Part shown: piece after piece, positions 21,606-31,521 of the stretch | How the letters are laid out: the number at the start of each line of letters is the position of its first letter | Position numbering within the stretch: the stretch's first letter is position 1 | From: a virus | Strand: one strand, 5' to 3' | DNA: 64,000 nucleotides | IMG/VR virus record: IMGVR_UViG_3300009374_000001 | Location: 11,248 to 75,247 of that record | Made by a program: the position numbers and the translations under genes | Notes under the pieces: model-generated | What the model was told of the DNA's origin: nothing | Databases searched by the model: none | Seen by the model: the letters and a program-made list of their open reading frames with translations, nothing else

Positions 21606-23009
21606 ATGTCAGTTAAAAAGAACTTAACTAATGATGAATTAAAGAATGCTATAGCATTTACAATTGATTATAAGAATAAAAGAGTAGGAATTAATAAACC
21701 AGAACCTGAGTTTGAGATGGATGTTAGTGGAGACATTAATGCTTCAAATAATATACAAGGTTCTAAAATTATTGGCTTAAGTAATAACAATACATTCGGT
21801 AGTACTACAGTAACTGGTGTTTTGAATGTAGATGGGATTACACAATATACTCCTTACGCATTCCCACCAGATGGAGTTTCACTAGGCTCAGAATATTTTA
21901 ATGCAAATACTAAGAAAAAATACTACTATGATGGTAATAACTGGATCCCTGTGGTTGGTGACTTAAACGATTTTCAACTAATACTCGATATTGAGCCGAT
22001 AGCAGATAATATAGAATTTAGAAAAGTAGCAGGGTATAATACTATTATCACAGCAAACGGGGCTGTTCCTTCAAACGGCGACCCTACCTCACACCACTAT
22101 GTACCTTTTATTACTACTAATAATTTTGGTACTGCACTTATTGCGAAGTTATCAGCAGAAACTATTACCACAAGAGGCGTTGGCGATGATAATAACGTAA
22201 GTCATTTAAGTATAGGTGATGTGACATTTAACGGGTATGCAATAGGACAACATACTATTCAAGTTTTAAATACTGATAATAGTGTTCATAATTTTATGTA
22301 CTATCCAAATGACCAAGATATAAGCTTCGATTTAGAAACAGTTGAAGCAAATCCAGTAATATTAAAGGGATTAAGTGAGTGGGGTATCGGAGAAAGTGAA
22401 GTACAAATAACTGTAGATAATTTAGTTACAAATGACGCAGGCGGTGCATATATACCAGCAGAAAATACCATAGATGGAGTTAGGTGGAATTTGTCAGGAT
22501 GGGAAATTGAATGGGTTGGTTTAGATGAAACTATTGAATTCTTAGTAGAAGGCGATTCTTTTCAATTTGGAAATTCAACGCTTGGTGCATCAGTTGGAGC
22601 TACAGCAGCTGATAATGACGTAGGAAAGCTAACGCTTTATATTAATAACATTACAGGAGATGGTAGAAGAGTTGCAAAAGTTACAGGGAAGTTTTCACAA
22701 GAGCAAGGCGCTGTAACTCATGAACTTATATTATCTCAATTAGGCTTAGACCAAGGAGTTGAACCATTAAATAATACATTAGGAACAAGCACATTAAATG
22801 AAAATTCACAAATTGGATTATACGTAAAAGATGAAAGTGACTATAGAGAAAGATTCATGTATTGGTTGGTTAACGGCGTTCAGTATAATGGGTCTGGTTC
22901 AGCATTCCTCTTGATGCTAACTATGGATTCAGACAAAACAGTGGTTGCAAGATTTGGTCCACCGAGTCCTGACGGTGATGAACAGCTAGGTGGCGGACCA
23001 CAATTTTAA
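21606..23009 (+). CDS. Tail fibre/adhesin-like protein
   Basis: RVGINKPEPEFEMDVSGDI fibre repeat; Ig-like C-terminal region. Confidence 0.55.
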   Translation: MSVKKNLTNDELKNAIAFTIDYKNKRVGINKPEPEFEMDVSGDINASNNIQGSKIIGLSNNNTFGSTTVTGVLNVDGITQYTPYAFPPDGVSLGSEYFNANTKKKYYYDGNNWIPVVGDLNDFQLILDIEPIADNIEFRKVAGYNTIITANGAVPSNGDPTSHHYVPFITTNNFGTALIAKLSAETITTRGVGDDNNVSHLSIGDVTFNGYAIGQHTIQVLNTDNSVHNFMYYPNDQDISFDLETVEANPVILKGLSEWGIGESEVQITVDNLVTNDAGGAYIPAENTIDGVRWNLSGWEIEWVGLDETIEFLVEGDSFQFGNSTLGASVGATAADNDVGKLTLYINNITGDGRRVAKVTGKFSQEQGAVTHELILSQLGLDQGVEPLNNTLGTSTLNENSQIGLYVKDESDYRERFMYWLVNGVQYNGSGSAFLLMLTMDSDKTVVARFGPPSPDGDEQLGGGPQF

Positions 23010-23023
23010 AAATAAAAGCTAAT

Positions 23024-23263
23024 ATGCAATTAAGTAAAAAAGAATATTTTACAATAAAAAACATGATAGATGATTATAAAAATGTCTATAATAAGATTTG
23101 TGAATTAGAAGATGAGATGAAAAAATGTCATGAAACACAAATTAAATTAGAAGAACATTTAAGATATATTAGAGAAAATGAAAAAAGATTCTCAAATAAA
23201 CTAGAAGAAAGATACGGTCCTGGGAAATTAAACGCAGCTACCTTAGAATATGAAACGAAATAA
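23024..23263 (+). CDS. Small coiled-coil hypothetical protein
   Basis: 79-aa charged helical ORF ending LEERYGPGKLNAATLEY. Confidence 0.55.
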   Translation: MQLSKKEYFTIKNMIDDYKNVYNKICELEDEMKKCHETQIKLEEHLRYIRENEKRFSNKLEERYGPGKLNAATLEYETK

Positions 23264-23275
23264 AGAAGTATAAAC

Positions 23276-24631
23276 ATGGGAGAAAGTTCAAAATATTTTA
23301 AAATCTCTAGCGAGATATTAATGGAATACATTTATCATGACCCAAGCGCTGCAGCACAGGGCTATCATGTTAAGGGTAACTCGAATCATCCAGATTACCC
23401 TGATGATCCAAGAGGGCCTATTATTGAAACAGACTTAAACGATGCAACTATCAACATATTAGAGAATTTGCATAACGGTAGTAATTATTTCTCATTTGCA
23501 AAGTACCTAAGTCACCCTGGTATAAACACAGATCTATACCCGCTAGGAAATTATAGAGATAGGAGCTCTTTAGAAATCAATGCAGATGAAGCTAAATATG
23601 CATTACTTAATGATAATAGCCAAGTCAATTATATAGACTTTGATAGTAATATTACAGGAACTGATGCGCTAAACGCGCAAATTACAGATGCTTTAAATGT
23701 TGCACCTAAGAAATCTATGGTATATGATACAGTTAAGCTTCATTTAGTAAATTCATATGACATAAGTAATGAATATGGTGGATTTATATTAGAACTAAAT
23801 ATGCTAGATTCTATAGATGTTAAGCACTATTTATCTTCTTTGTTGTATCTAAATTCAGACTCATTTGAGAAGATTAACCCTAGACCTTTTATCTTAGGTG
23901 GGGCAATGTTTAATAAGTATATAGAGTTTAAAGTACCATCGTTAAAATGGATGGAAGAAGACTGGAATAATGACCCGACACAAACAGATACTTTTGTTTA
24001 TGCATTTACAAATGGTAATGGGCCAAAAGAAAATGGTAATATTGATGTATCATTAAGATTTATTAGTAATATATATGAAGATTCAGGCTATACGTATTTT
24101 AATGCACCAGAATCTATGGGATTTAATCTTAATAGAGAAGATGAGTATGCGGGATTAATTGCAGTGCTAGAAGAAGCAGAAGATGGAGAGTATTTTAAAC
24201 TTTATGGAGAATATGATGGTGAAATTTATGAAAACTTTATTACTTCTTTAATGAATACAAGTAATGCAGATTATATAGTATTTCATGACATCCAAGTATT
24301 TGAACAGATTGGTCTTTTAGGAGAAGGGAGCACGAGCAGTTTTATTGAAACGAGTAACATTACATTTGTGCAAACATCTGACTTTGAAGATCCATATCTA
24401 TTTAGACCGATTATAAAAAATGCGAATGCTGCAGTTTCATATAGAATTGAATACAACTTAAGATTATATAACAGTATCGATAATTCACAAATAATTAAAC
24501 GAGCAAGCTTCGGCAGCTTTGATACAAAGAAGTATGGAAAAAAGATGAAAAGAATAAATTTAGGCACAGTTCCTACTGTCACGAAGATTTATAATGTTAT
24601 TGATAAACTTGCAACTATGGAGATTAAATAA
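23276..24631 (+). CDS. Hypothetical protein, probably structural
   Basis: 451-aa ORF coupled to the next gene (TAATG). Confidence 0.5.
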   Translation: MGESSKYFKISSEILMEYIYHDPSAAAQGYHVKGNSNHPDYPDDPRGPIIETDLNDATINILENLHNGSNYFSFAKYLSHPGINTDLYPLGNYRDRSSLEINADEAKYALLNDNSQVNYIDFDSNITGTDALNAQITDALNVAPKKSMVYDTVKLHLVNSYDISNEYGGFILELNMLDSIDVKHYLSSLLYLNSDSFEKINPRPFILGGAMFNKYIEFKVPSLKWMEEDWNNDPTQTDTFVYAFTNGNGPKENGNIDVSLRFISNIYEDSGYTYFNAPESMGFNLNREDEYAGLIAVLEEAEDGEYFKLYGEYDGEIYENFITSLMNTSNADYIVFHDIQVFEQIGLLGEGSTSSFIETSNITFVQTSDFEDPYLFRPIIKNANAAVSYRIEYNLRLYNSIDNSQIIKRASFGSFDTKKYGKKMKRINLGTVPTVTKIYNVIDKLATMEIK

Positions 24632-25173
24632 TGTTATTAAATGCAAGAAATAATCAGTTCGACTTTAAATTCCCTAGAAACTTTATTCCAGAAGCAATTG
24701 AAGAGAAATATGGGTCTTACTTAAACAGAATCCCAGGGAATGTAGTTGAAAAAACTATAGATTTTATCAATTATACAATTCAAAGTGTATCAATACCAAG
24801 CTTTGGCTTTGACCCCGCAGAAGTTCAAACTAACGACGGGACAGTTACATACTTTAAGGGAAGTCAGCCGCTTCAGCAATTAATTGATAGGGAGTTTACT
24901 GTGACATTCCAGCTTGTCGACGGGTATATAAACTATTGGATATTACTAGACACGCTCTTATATTATTACGTGTTAGATAATAATATTGATGATTTTTTAT
25001 TAAGAATGAAAGATTCAGAAGGGAATGCATTGGTAACAATCAAAATGATTGAACCGATTATGAAAATGCTAACTGAGCTAGAGTTAAGTTTTGCAAGTAA
25101 TGTAGCAGAGTTCCAGACATTTGATGTTTCTTTTACATATAATATTATGGAAATAAATATGGAGATTGATTAG
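24631..25173 (+). CDS. Tail-tube-fold protein (gp3 tail completion / gp19-like)
   Basis: IQSVSIPS...FTVTFQLVDGYINYW...LRMKDSEGN...FQTFDVSFTYN pattern. Confidence 0.55.
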   Translation: MLLNARNNQFDFKFPRNFIPEAIEEKYGSYLNRIPGNVVEKTIDFINYTIQSVSIPSFGFDPAEVQTNDGTVTYFKGSQPLQQLIDREFTVTFQLVDGYINYWILLDTLLYYYVLDNNIDDFLLRMKDSEGNALVTIKMIEPIMKMLTELELSFASNVAEFQTFDVSFTYNIMEINMEID

Positions 25174-25532
25174 TGGAAGATGTAGTACAAGAAATAACAA
25201 CTGAGCTTATAGGTAAATATGGCTGGATGGCACTTGCATTTTTTACTCTTTCTATATTTAGAAACACTATAACAGAAATGATAGAGGCGTTAGGCATTTT
25301 TATTGGAAATGATTTTAATAATGATGATGTAATATATGTAAATGGCAGAGAAGCCAGAATTATTAGAGTTACTTTAAGAAAGACAGTTTTTTATATGGTT
25401 GAAGAAAATACAAAGATGGTAGTTAAAAATACAAGATTAAAGTCTTTAACACTGGAGAAAAAATTACCAAATACTGAGTATAGACAAAAATATATAGAAA
25501 TGAGAAACAAACATAAAAAAGATAATATATAA
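25173..25532 (+). CDS. Small membrane protein with MscS-like beta domain
   Basis: N-terminal hydrophobic helix, then FNNDDVIYVNGREARIIRVTLRKTVF...VVKN. Confidence 0.5.
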   Translation: MEDVVQEITTELIGKYGWMALAFFTLSIFRNTITEMIEALGIFIGNDFNNDDVIYVNGREARIIRVTLRKTVFYMVEENTKMVVKNTRLKSLTLEKKLPNTEYRQKYIEMRNKHKKDNI

Positions 25533-25535
25533 TTT

Positions 25536-25913
25536 ATGGAAACATTTTTAGAATTTATAGAAAAGGAAGATAAAATTTCAGAAGCTGAAGTTGAATCGCT
25601 TAATGAAAATCTCAAGTCAGAATTAACTGAAGAAGAAGAAGCTGAAGTTGATGCAGCAATCGATGCGTTTGTTGAAGAGTACTTAGATAAAGGAAAAACA
25701 CTCGCGGATCTTAATGAAGAAATGACAAATGAAGGCATACTTGGTGGTATATTTGGTGGACTTACCGGATTTGCATTTGGCAAGAGTGTAGGAAAGCTTA
25801 TTGCAAAAGTCTTAGGAATTAGTAAAGGAGTTTTATATGACTTATTGACTTCAAGACTTGTAGGGGCAGCTCTTGGTGCGGCAATTGGAAATAGTTTAGG
25901 TAAGAAAAAATAA
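25536..25913 (+). CDS. Glycine-zipper protein with acidic N-terminal pro-region and CTS-like start
   Basis: METFLEFIE..., acidic helix to MTNE, then GILGGIFGGLTGFAFG and LVGAALGAAIG. Confidence 0.6.
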   Translation: METFLEFIEKEDKISEAEVESLNENLKSELTEEEEAEVDAAIDAFVEEYLDKGKTLADLNEEMTNEGILGGIFGGLTGFAFGKSVGKLIAKVLGISKGVLYDLLTSRLVGAALGAAIGNSLGKKK

Positions 25914-25924
25914 AATAAGATAAA

Positions 25925-26263
25925 ATGAAAACATCAGAATTACAAAAAATAATTAGAGAAGAAATTCAAAGCTTGAATGAAGGCAACATTGCAATAAACA
26001 CTAAGCATAGATATTGGTATGGTGTAGATTCTCCAGAAAAGCAATCTGATAAATTTTTAGTTGCAAATAAAGGTGTTGATAAGAAAAAAATAGAAAATAA
26101 AGATTTACAAATATGGATTACTAAATTTGTAAAAGATAATAAATTAAAAGATGCTTGGGATTATAATTGGATTGCAATGTTTTGCTATTCTATGAAGTAT
26201 ACAAATAAATATAAAAACGTTGATTTAGGTAAAATGGACGAATGGGCAAGAAAAAACCATTAA
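25925..26263 (+). CDS. Hypothetical protein with helical leader
   Basis: MKTSELQKIIREEIQSLNE N-terminus. Confidence 0.6.
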   Translation: MKTSELQKIIREEIQSLNEGNIAINTKHRYWYGVDSPEKQSDKFLVANKGVDKKKIENKDLQIWITKFVKDNKLKDAWDYNWIAMFCYSMKYTNKYKNVDLGKMDEWARKNH

Positions 26264-26926
26264 TTGAAAGACATTTTCATAGGCATAGACTTTAGTCTTA
26301 AAAGCCCAGGCATTTGTATTTATAAAGATAACACGTATAAGTGGTTAAGCTTTATTTCACTTGATAAAAAACACACAAAGAAAGAGATTAAAGTCATTGA
26401 AGAACTTTCTACATTAGCAGATGTTGAGGTTATAGAATTAATTTCAAGAGATATTAAAAAGAAAGTATTGCGTTCAGAATTTGAGAAACTCAGGCTTTAC
26501 ACAGATAATGCATTACTCATATTAAAACATCTTAAGTTTGCAATTGGACAGAGGACAGATGATACAAGTTTACACTTTATATTTGAAGGATATAGCTATG
26601 GAAGTCAAACAAATAATTTGATAGACATTGTAGGAGCTACCACAATCTTAAAAAACATGATAATATTGGAATTCATATATGCAGAAGATTCTATGATAGT
26701 TCTTGCTCCTACTACTATTAAGAAACAAGCAGGTCATGGGAGATATAATAAAAGAGAATTATGGGATGTCTTTTCAGAGAATAGACTAGGTGATAAAGAT
26801 ATAGTGAAGTCAGATTTTTATAACTTTGCAAAAGAATTAGAAATAGGTAAGAAAGTCTATGCACCATTAGATGACTTAGTTGATTCATACTTGGTTATTA
26901 ATGCAGGAATTAGATTAAAAGATTAA
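26264..26926 (+). CDS. RuvC-like Holliday junction resolvase
   Basis: IGIDFSLKSPG, IFEGYSY, PTTIKK and DDLVDSY RNase H-fold acidic motifs; TTG start. Confidence 0.75.
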   Translation: MKDIFIGIDFSLKSPGICIYKDNTYKWLSFISLDKKHTKKEIKVIEELSTLADVEVIELISRDIKKKVLRSEFEKLRLYTDNALLILKHLKFAIGQRTDDTSLHFIFEGYSYGSQTNNLIDIVGATTILKNMIILEFIYAEDSMIVLAPTTIKKQAGHGRYNKRELWDVFSENRLGDKDIVKSDFYNFAKELEIGKKVYAPLDDLVDSYLVINAGIRLKD

Positions 26927-26930
26927 ATAC

Positions 26931-26959
26931 ATAAACAAATAATCATTATTTAATATAAT
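26931..26959 (+). promoter_or_regulatory. Candidate early/middle promoter ATAAAC-N17-TATAAT
   Basis: Same architecture at 41979 and 56780. Confidence 0.55.
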
Positions 26960-27026
26960 AATTGTTAAAGAGCTAATAGGCACTTTACAGGCAATAAACA
27001 AAACAAAGAAGTTAAGAGGCAATAAA

Positions 27027-27941
27027 ATGGCAAAGAACGAACTAGACATTTTTAATATCGGCGTAGACGATATTGAAATGCATAAACGAGAAAAGACACA
27101 ATCTGATATTTATAAACCCAATGCACTAGATGGGAAAGATGGCGTTTATAAAGCACTAATCAGATTCATCCCAAACATAAACAATCCTACAAATCCATTA
27201 ATTCATAAATGGGTATATTGGCTGACAGATCAAAATGGTGATGGCAAACTTATAGATTCACCAGGCACTGTTAATAAAGAAGATCCAATTGCAAAGTTGT
27301 TTTTTAAGCTTCGTAAATCTGAATCTGCAGTAGACCGCAAGAATAGCGAAAAGCTTAAGCGCAGAGAACAGTTTTATGGCATTGTTCAAGTTATTAAAGA
27401 CCCACAGAATCCTGATTTAGAAGGTACATTGAAGGTTTTTAAATTTGGTTACAAGATTAAGCAAAAACTTGATGAAGAATTAAAACCTGCATTTGGTGAA
27501 GCTACTCAAATTTTTGATCTTTTTGATGGAAAGAACTTTGAGTTAATTATCACAAGACAGGGCGATTTTAATAATTATGATTCAAGTAAGTTTTCTAACT
27601 CAACATCTCCAATTGCTATTGATGATGTAGAAATGGAACGCAACACAGAAAGTATGGATCTTATTAGAACGCATTTGACTGATAATACACCAAACGTCTC
27701 TGTATTCGAGTATAAAGAATGGGATGATGAAACACATGACTGGGTAAATACATGCTTAAACCAGTATAGAAGTCCTGGGGAGTATATCACATCCACATCT
27801 GCTCCAGTAGTTGAAGAAAAACAAGTAGCGACATCTTTAGTAAATGATGAACAGCCGACTGATACAGAAGTAGCTGGTGATACCAATAAAGATACAGGCG
27901 ACGAAGCTCTTGATGATTTCCTTAATAACTTAGATATTTAA
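27027..27941 (+). CDS. Single-stranded DNA-binding protein, gp32-like
   Basis: ALIRFIP, VFKFGYKIKQKL, FDLFDGKNF and NYDSSKF motifs; acidic tail LDDFLNNLDI. Confidence 0.9.
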   Translation: MAKNELDIFNIGVDDIEMHKREKTQSDIYKPNALDGKDGVYKALIRFIPNINNPTNPLIHKWVYWLTDQNGDGKLIDSPGTVNKEDPIAKLFFKLRKSESAVDRKNSEKLKRREQFYGIVQVIKDPQNPDLEGTLKVFKFGYKIKQKLDEELKPAFGEATQIFDLFDGKNFELIITRQGDFNNYDSSKFSNSTSPIAIDDVEMERNTESMDLIRTHLTDNTPNVSVFEYKEWDDETHDWVNTCLNQYRSPGEYITSTSAPVVEEKQVATSLVNDEQPTDTEVAGDTNKDTGDEALDDFLNNLDI

Positions 27942-27951
27942 GGTATAACTA

Positions 27952-29019
27952 ATGGAGGTAAATTCAGGTTTATTTGATGAAATAACAAGTTTAATTCATC
28001 AAATTTTAACTGAGCAGCACTCTAATCATTCTAAACAAAGCATGCGGGACATGCAAGGTCGTTTAAACTTTGCATGCCCGTATTGCGGGGATTCTGCAAT
28101 TGACAAGAATAAAGCAAGAGGCAACTTATATTTCGATACGCTCCAGTATCACTGTTATAACTGTGAAAAGCACACAGACATATATAGATTGTTTAAAGAC
28201 TTTTCAGTTTCATTCAAAGACCCAAACACAACATTAAATGTTTTAGATTATATTAAAGCAAATGCCAGTTTTGGAAAACAAGCAGAAGTTTTAGAATTTG
28301 AACTATTTGAGAAACTTAAAAGATATGCAGTCCCAATAAGTAAAATTCAAGACAAGTTTAAATGCTATCCAATTTCACAAAATAGCACAATCTATCCGTA
28401 TCTTAAAAAAAGACTTATACATATATTCTCCCAGTCATTTTTGTATTCTGAAAAGTATGATAAGTTGTATATATTAAATCTTTTGCCTACTGGAGATGTA
28501 GTATCTTTCCAAATTAGAGATATGAAAGGCGGGCCAAACAAGTATATGACATTTAATCTTGAAAAAATTATAAACAACTGTAAGCTAGATTCAATGCATT
28601 TAACAGAAGAAGCTGAAGAAGTAAAAAACATTAATAAGTTATCAACATTGTTTGGTATTGGGACTATTGACTTTTCAAAATCTTTTACTTTGTTTGAAGG
28701 GCCATTAGATGCAAAGTTTTTATATAACTCATTAGGTCTAACCACAGCTGGTAGAAATACTATAGAATTTGACGAGCTAAGTACAGTCAGATATTTATTT
28801 GATAACGATGAAGTAGGTAAGCGCATTATGCTTGAAAAGTTAAAAGCAGGAAAGCACGTTTTTTTATGGAAAAAGTTAATTGATGATTATAATTTATATA
28901 AATATAATATCAAGGATTTGAACGATTTAATGATGATATGTTATAAAAACAAAATAAATGCACATAGACATATTGAAAAGTATTTCTCAAACGAAAGTTT
29001 GGATATGATTTATGTATAA
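27952..29019 (+). CDS. DNA primase, gp61-like
   Basis: Zn finger CPYCGDS...YHCYNC; TOPRIM motifs FEGPLDA, FDND and KDLND. Confidence 0.9.
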   Translation: MEVNSGLFDEITSLIHQILTEQHSNHSKQSMRDMQGRLNFACPYCGDSAIDKNKARGNLYFDTLQYHCYNCEKHTDIYRLFKDFSVSFKDPNTTLNVLDYIKANASFGKQAEVLEFELFEKLKRYAVPISKIQDKFKCYPISQNSTIYPYLKKRLIHIFSQSFLYSEKYDKLYILNLLPTGDVVSFQIRDMKGGPNKYMTFNLEKIINNCKLDSMHLTEEAEEVKNINKLSTLFGIGTIDFSKSFTLFEGPLDAKFLYNSLGLTTAGRNTIEFDELSTVRYLFDNDEVGKRIMLEKLKAGKHVFLWKKLIDDYNLYKYNIKDLNDLMMICYKNKINAHRHIEKYFSNESLDMIYV

Positions 29020-29218
29020 TTATATGATTGATAAAGAAATAGAAGAATTTTTAAGAGATTCAATTTTAGACGAGCGAAAGAATAAGTTACTGATTGACTT
29101 AAAGCTTGAAGATACAAAGGAAATAGAACTGCCCGTTTTAAAAATTGAAAAGCCTAAAAGAAAAAAAGTAAAAGTATTTAAGCATTGGAAAAAGAAGAGC
29201 AAAAGGGATTTGTTTTAA
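29012..29218 (+). CDS. Small basic hypothetical protein
   Basis: 68-aa ORF overlapping both neighbours; ends KRDLF. Confidence 0.45.
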   Translation: MYNYMIDKEIEEFLRDSILDERKNKLLIDLKLEDTKEIELPVLKIEKPKRKKVKVFKHWKKKSKRDLF

Positions 29219-29646
29219 TGAATGATAAAGAGAAAAAACTAGAAGATTTAGAAAAGTTTCTTTCTTCTAAAAGAAGCGAGTGGACCAGCAGAATTCGTGA
29301 AATAATTAAAGGTATTCGTAATGTTGAAAAGCTAGAAGATGATATCGCACTAATGCTTTCATATAGACAAATGCTAGTAGAAGAAGTAGCAGACTTGAAC
29401 TCCACGATTTTTAAAAACAAAAAGTCATACAATGTACTTCAAAAGCATAAATATATATCATATTATAAAAACGACTACAAATGGTCTGACAAACAAAAAA
29501 ATATGATGTTAAAATCTGATTTGGCGATAGAAATCATGCAAATACAATTACTAGATTCTCAGCTTGAATTTTTCAAAGAATGTATACAGACGCTTGATAA
29601 AATGGGATGGGCTGCTAAAGTTAGAGTAGACCTAGAAAATATATAA
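29218..29646 (+). CDS. uvsY: UvsY-like recombination mediator
   Basis: Helical ~142-aa protein directly before UvsW, with QLEFFKECIQTLDKMGWAAKVRV; start taken at the TAATG overlap. Confidence 0.55.
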   Translation: MNDKEKKLEDLEKFLSSKRSEWTSRIREIIKGIRNVEKLEDDIALMLSYRQMLVEEVADLNSTIFKNKKSYNVLQKHKYISYYKNDYKWSDKQKNMMLKSDLAIEIMQIQLLDSQLEFFKECIQTLDKMGWAAKVRVDLENI

Positions 29647-29649
29647 TGT

Positions 29650-31149
29650 ATGAAATTATCACTAAACGGAAATAAAAAGATTCTAATAGTTAGCGATGCT
29701 ACTGAACAAGAACTCGAACAGCTTAATGTATCTTTAACTAAAAGAATTGAAAGTTGGAGATTTAATCCTCTTGTTAAGAAGGGAGTATGGGACGGTTATG
29801 TAAGCTATTTTAAAAATGATAAATACATTCCAGCTGGCTTATGGAAAGAAGTTCTAGATATTGCAAAGAAGTTTAAGCTTAATATAGAATTTGATGACTC
29901 AATTAATAAGTTATTTGATAGAAACATTAAATATGAAGATTTTGAAATATGGGTAATTACTTTACTTAAAGAAAGCAATTTAACTCCGCGAGATTATCAG
30001 ATAGAAGCTGCATTTAATATATTAAAGTATAGGAAGTGTCTTACTGAGATGGCTACCTCATCTGGAAAAACATTAGTTGCTTATTTAGTTATTGCGTATT
30101 TGCTAGAATTTGAGAAAACTAAAAAGATTTTATATGTAGTCCCGAACGTTAGCTTAGTTATTCAGGCATCAGAAGATTTTTATGAATATAGTGATAACAG
30201 CCAGATAGATTTAGAAATACAGCAAATTTATTCAGGTAAAAAGATAAAAGACAATTGCAATGTAGTAGTTGGCACATATCAAAGTTTAACTAAAAAGTCT
30301 AAAGAGTATTTTGATGTATTTAACGCTGTAATAGTAGATGAAACACACAAAGCAAAGGCAATTTCGATTAAAAAGATTTTAGAAAAATGCACGTGTGATT
30401 ATTCTATTGGGCTAAGCGGGACGATCCCTAAGCCAGGGACTTTAGATAGACTTACTCTTATGAGCGGTGCTGGACCTGTCGTAACAGATATTGACACAAA
30501 GACATTGCAAGATTCTGGGTATGTTTCTAAATGCAAAGTATCTGTATTAGATTTAAATTATGCACCTCAAAAAACAAGAGATTCATTTGAATCTTTGCAA
30601 AAATCTGGATATGATAGTAAAAAAGTATTTGAACTTGAAAAGAATTATGTAATACAATCTAATACGAGGCTAGATTTTGTCACAGATGTTATAAGCAAAG
30701 TGACAAAAAATACGTTAGTGCTATTTCATAGAATTGAATATGGGAAAACACTATATAAAGAACTTAGAAAATTAAATGATAAAGCAATTTATTATGTCGA
30801 TGGATCTGTTGATGCAGATATTCGAGAAACATATAAAGAAAAAATGGAACACGGGGATGACGTCATATTAATAGCAAGCTTTGGCACATTCAGCACTGGA
30901 ATTTCAGTTAAAAACATACATAATATTTTCTTTACAGAATCGTTCAAGTCAGAAGTCATAATAAGACAGAGTATAGGGAGAGGGTTAAGATTAAGAAAAG
31001 GAAAAGACATGTTAAATATAATTGATTTTGTAGATAATTTTTCTACGCTTAATTGGCAGAATCATTTATATAGACATGGCATAGCAAGACAAAAAATATA
31101 TAAAGAGCAACATTTTCCATTTACTGTTAAAAAGATAAAATTAGCTTAA
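29650..31149 (+). CDS. uvsW: SF2 DNA helicase UvsW
   Basis: PRDYQ, ATSSGKT, VDETH, GLSGT, TFSTGIS and QSIGRGLR. Confidence 0.92.
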   Translation: MKLSLNGNKKILIVSDATEQELEQLNVSLTKRIESWRFNPLVKKGVWDGYVSYFKNDKYIPAGLWKEVLDIAKKFKLNIEFDDSINKLFDRNIKYEDFEIWVITLLKESNLTPRDYQIEAAFNILKYRKCLTEMATSSGKTLVAYLVIAYLLEFEKTKKILYVVPNVSLVIQASEDFYEYSDNSQIDLEIQQIYSGKKIKDNCNVVVGTYQSLTKKSKEYFDVFNAVIVDETHKAKAISIKKILEKCTCDYSIGLSGTIPKPGTLDRLTLMSGAGPVVTDIDTKTLQDSGYVSKCKVSVLDLNYAPQKTRDSFESLQKSGYDSKKVFELEKNYVIQSNTRLDFVTDVISKVTKNTLVLFHRIEYGKTLYKELRKLNDKAIYYVDGSVDADIRETYKEKMEHGDDVILIASFGTFSTGISVKNIHNIFFTESFKSEVIIRQSIGRGLRLRKGKDMLNIIDFVDNFSTLNWQNHLYRHGIARQKIYKEQHFPFTVKKIKLA

Positions 31150-31160
31150 ATATATAATAA
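31149..31160 (+). promoter_or_regulatory. Candidate late promoter heading the cargo cluster
   Basis: AATATATAATAA. Confidence 0.5.
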
Positions 31161-31181
31161 AACAAAAAAACAAAACACATT

Positions 31182-31517
31182 ATGAAAAACATAAAATCAT
31201 TTCAAAGTTTTAGTGACTTTCGCAAGGAAGCTGTTATTAAACAAGTAACTGAAGAAAAATCTGCACTACAACAAGAATATGCAGATTTCTTTAAAGACCT
31301 TCTGAAAAAGTATGACGTAGGCTCTCCTGCTGAATTATCTGATGAAGATAAGTCAAAATTCTTTGATGAAGTTTCTACTGGCTGGGATAAAGGCGAAGGT
31401 AAGAATGCTAAAGGTGAAGAATCAGTTGAAGATGTTGAAGAATCAGTTGAAGAATCAGTTGAAGATGCTGAAGAATCACTTGAAGAAGAATTAGATATTG
31501 AAATAACTGAAGAGTAA
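31182..31517 (+). CDS. Acidic prohead-core-like protein with CTS-like start
   Basis: MKNIKSFQSFSDF; ESVE(D/E) tandem repeats; ends EELDIEITEE. Confidence 0.6.
   Translation: MKNIKSFQSFSDFRKEAVIKQVTEEKSALQQEYADFFKDLLKKYDVGSPAELSDEDKSKFFDEVSTGWDKGEGKNAKGEESVEDVEESVEESVEDAEESLEEELDIEITEE
31415..31490 (+). repeat. Short in-frame tandem repeat (gaagaatcagttgaa)
   Basis: About four imperfect copies encoding EESVE. Confidence 0.7.
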
Positions 31518-31521
31518 TATA

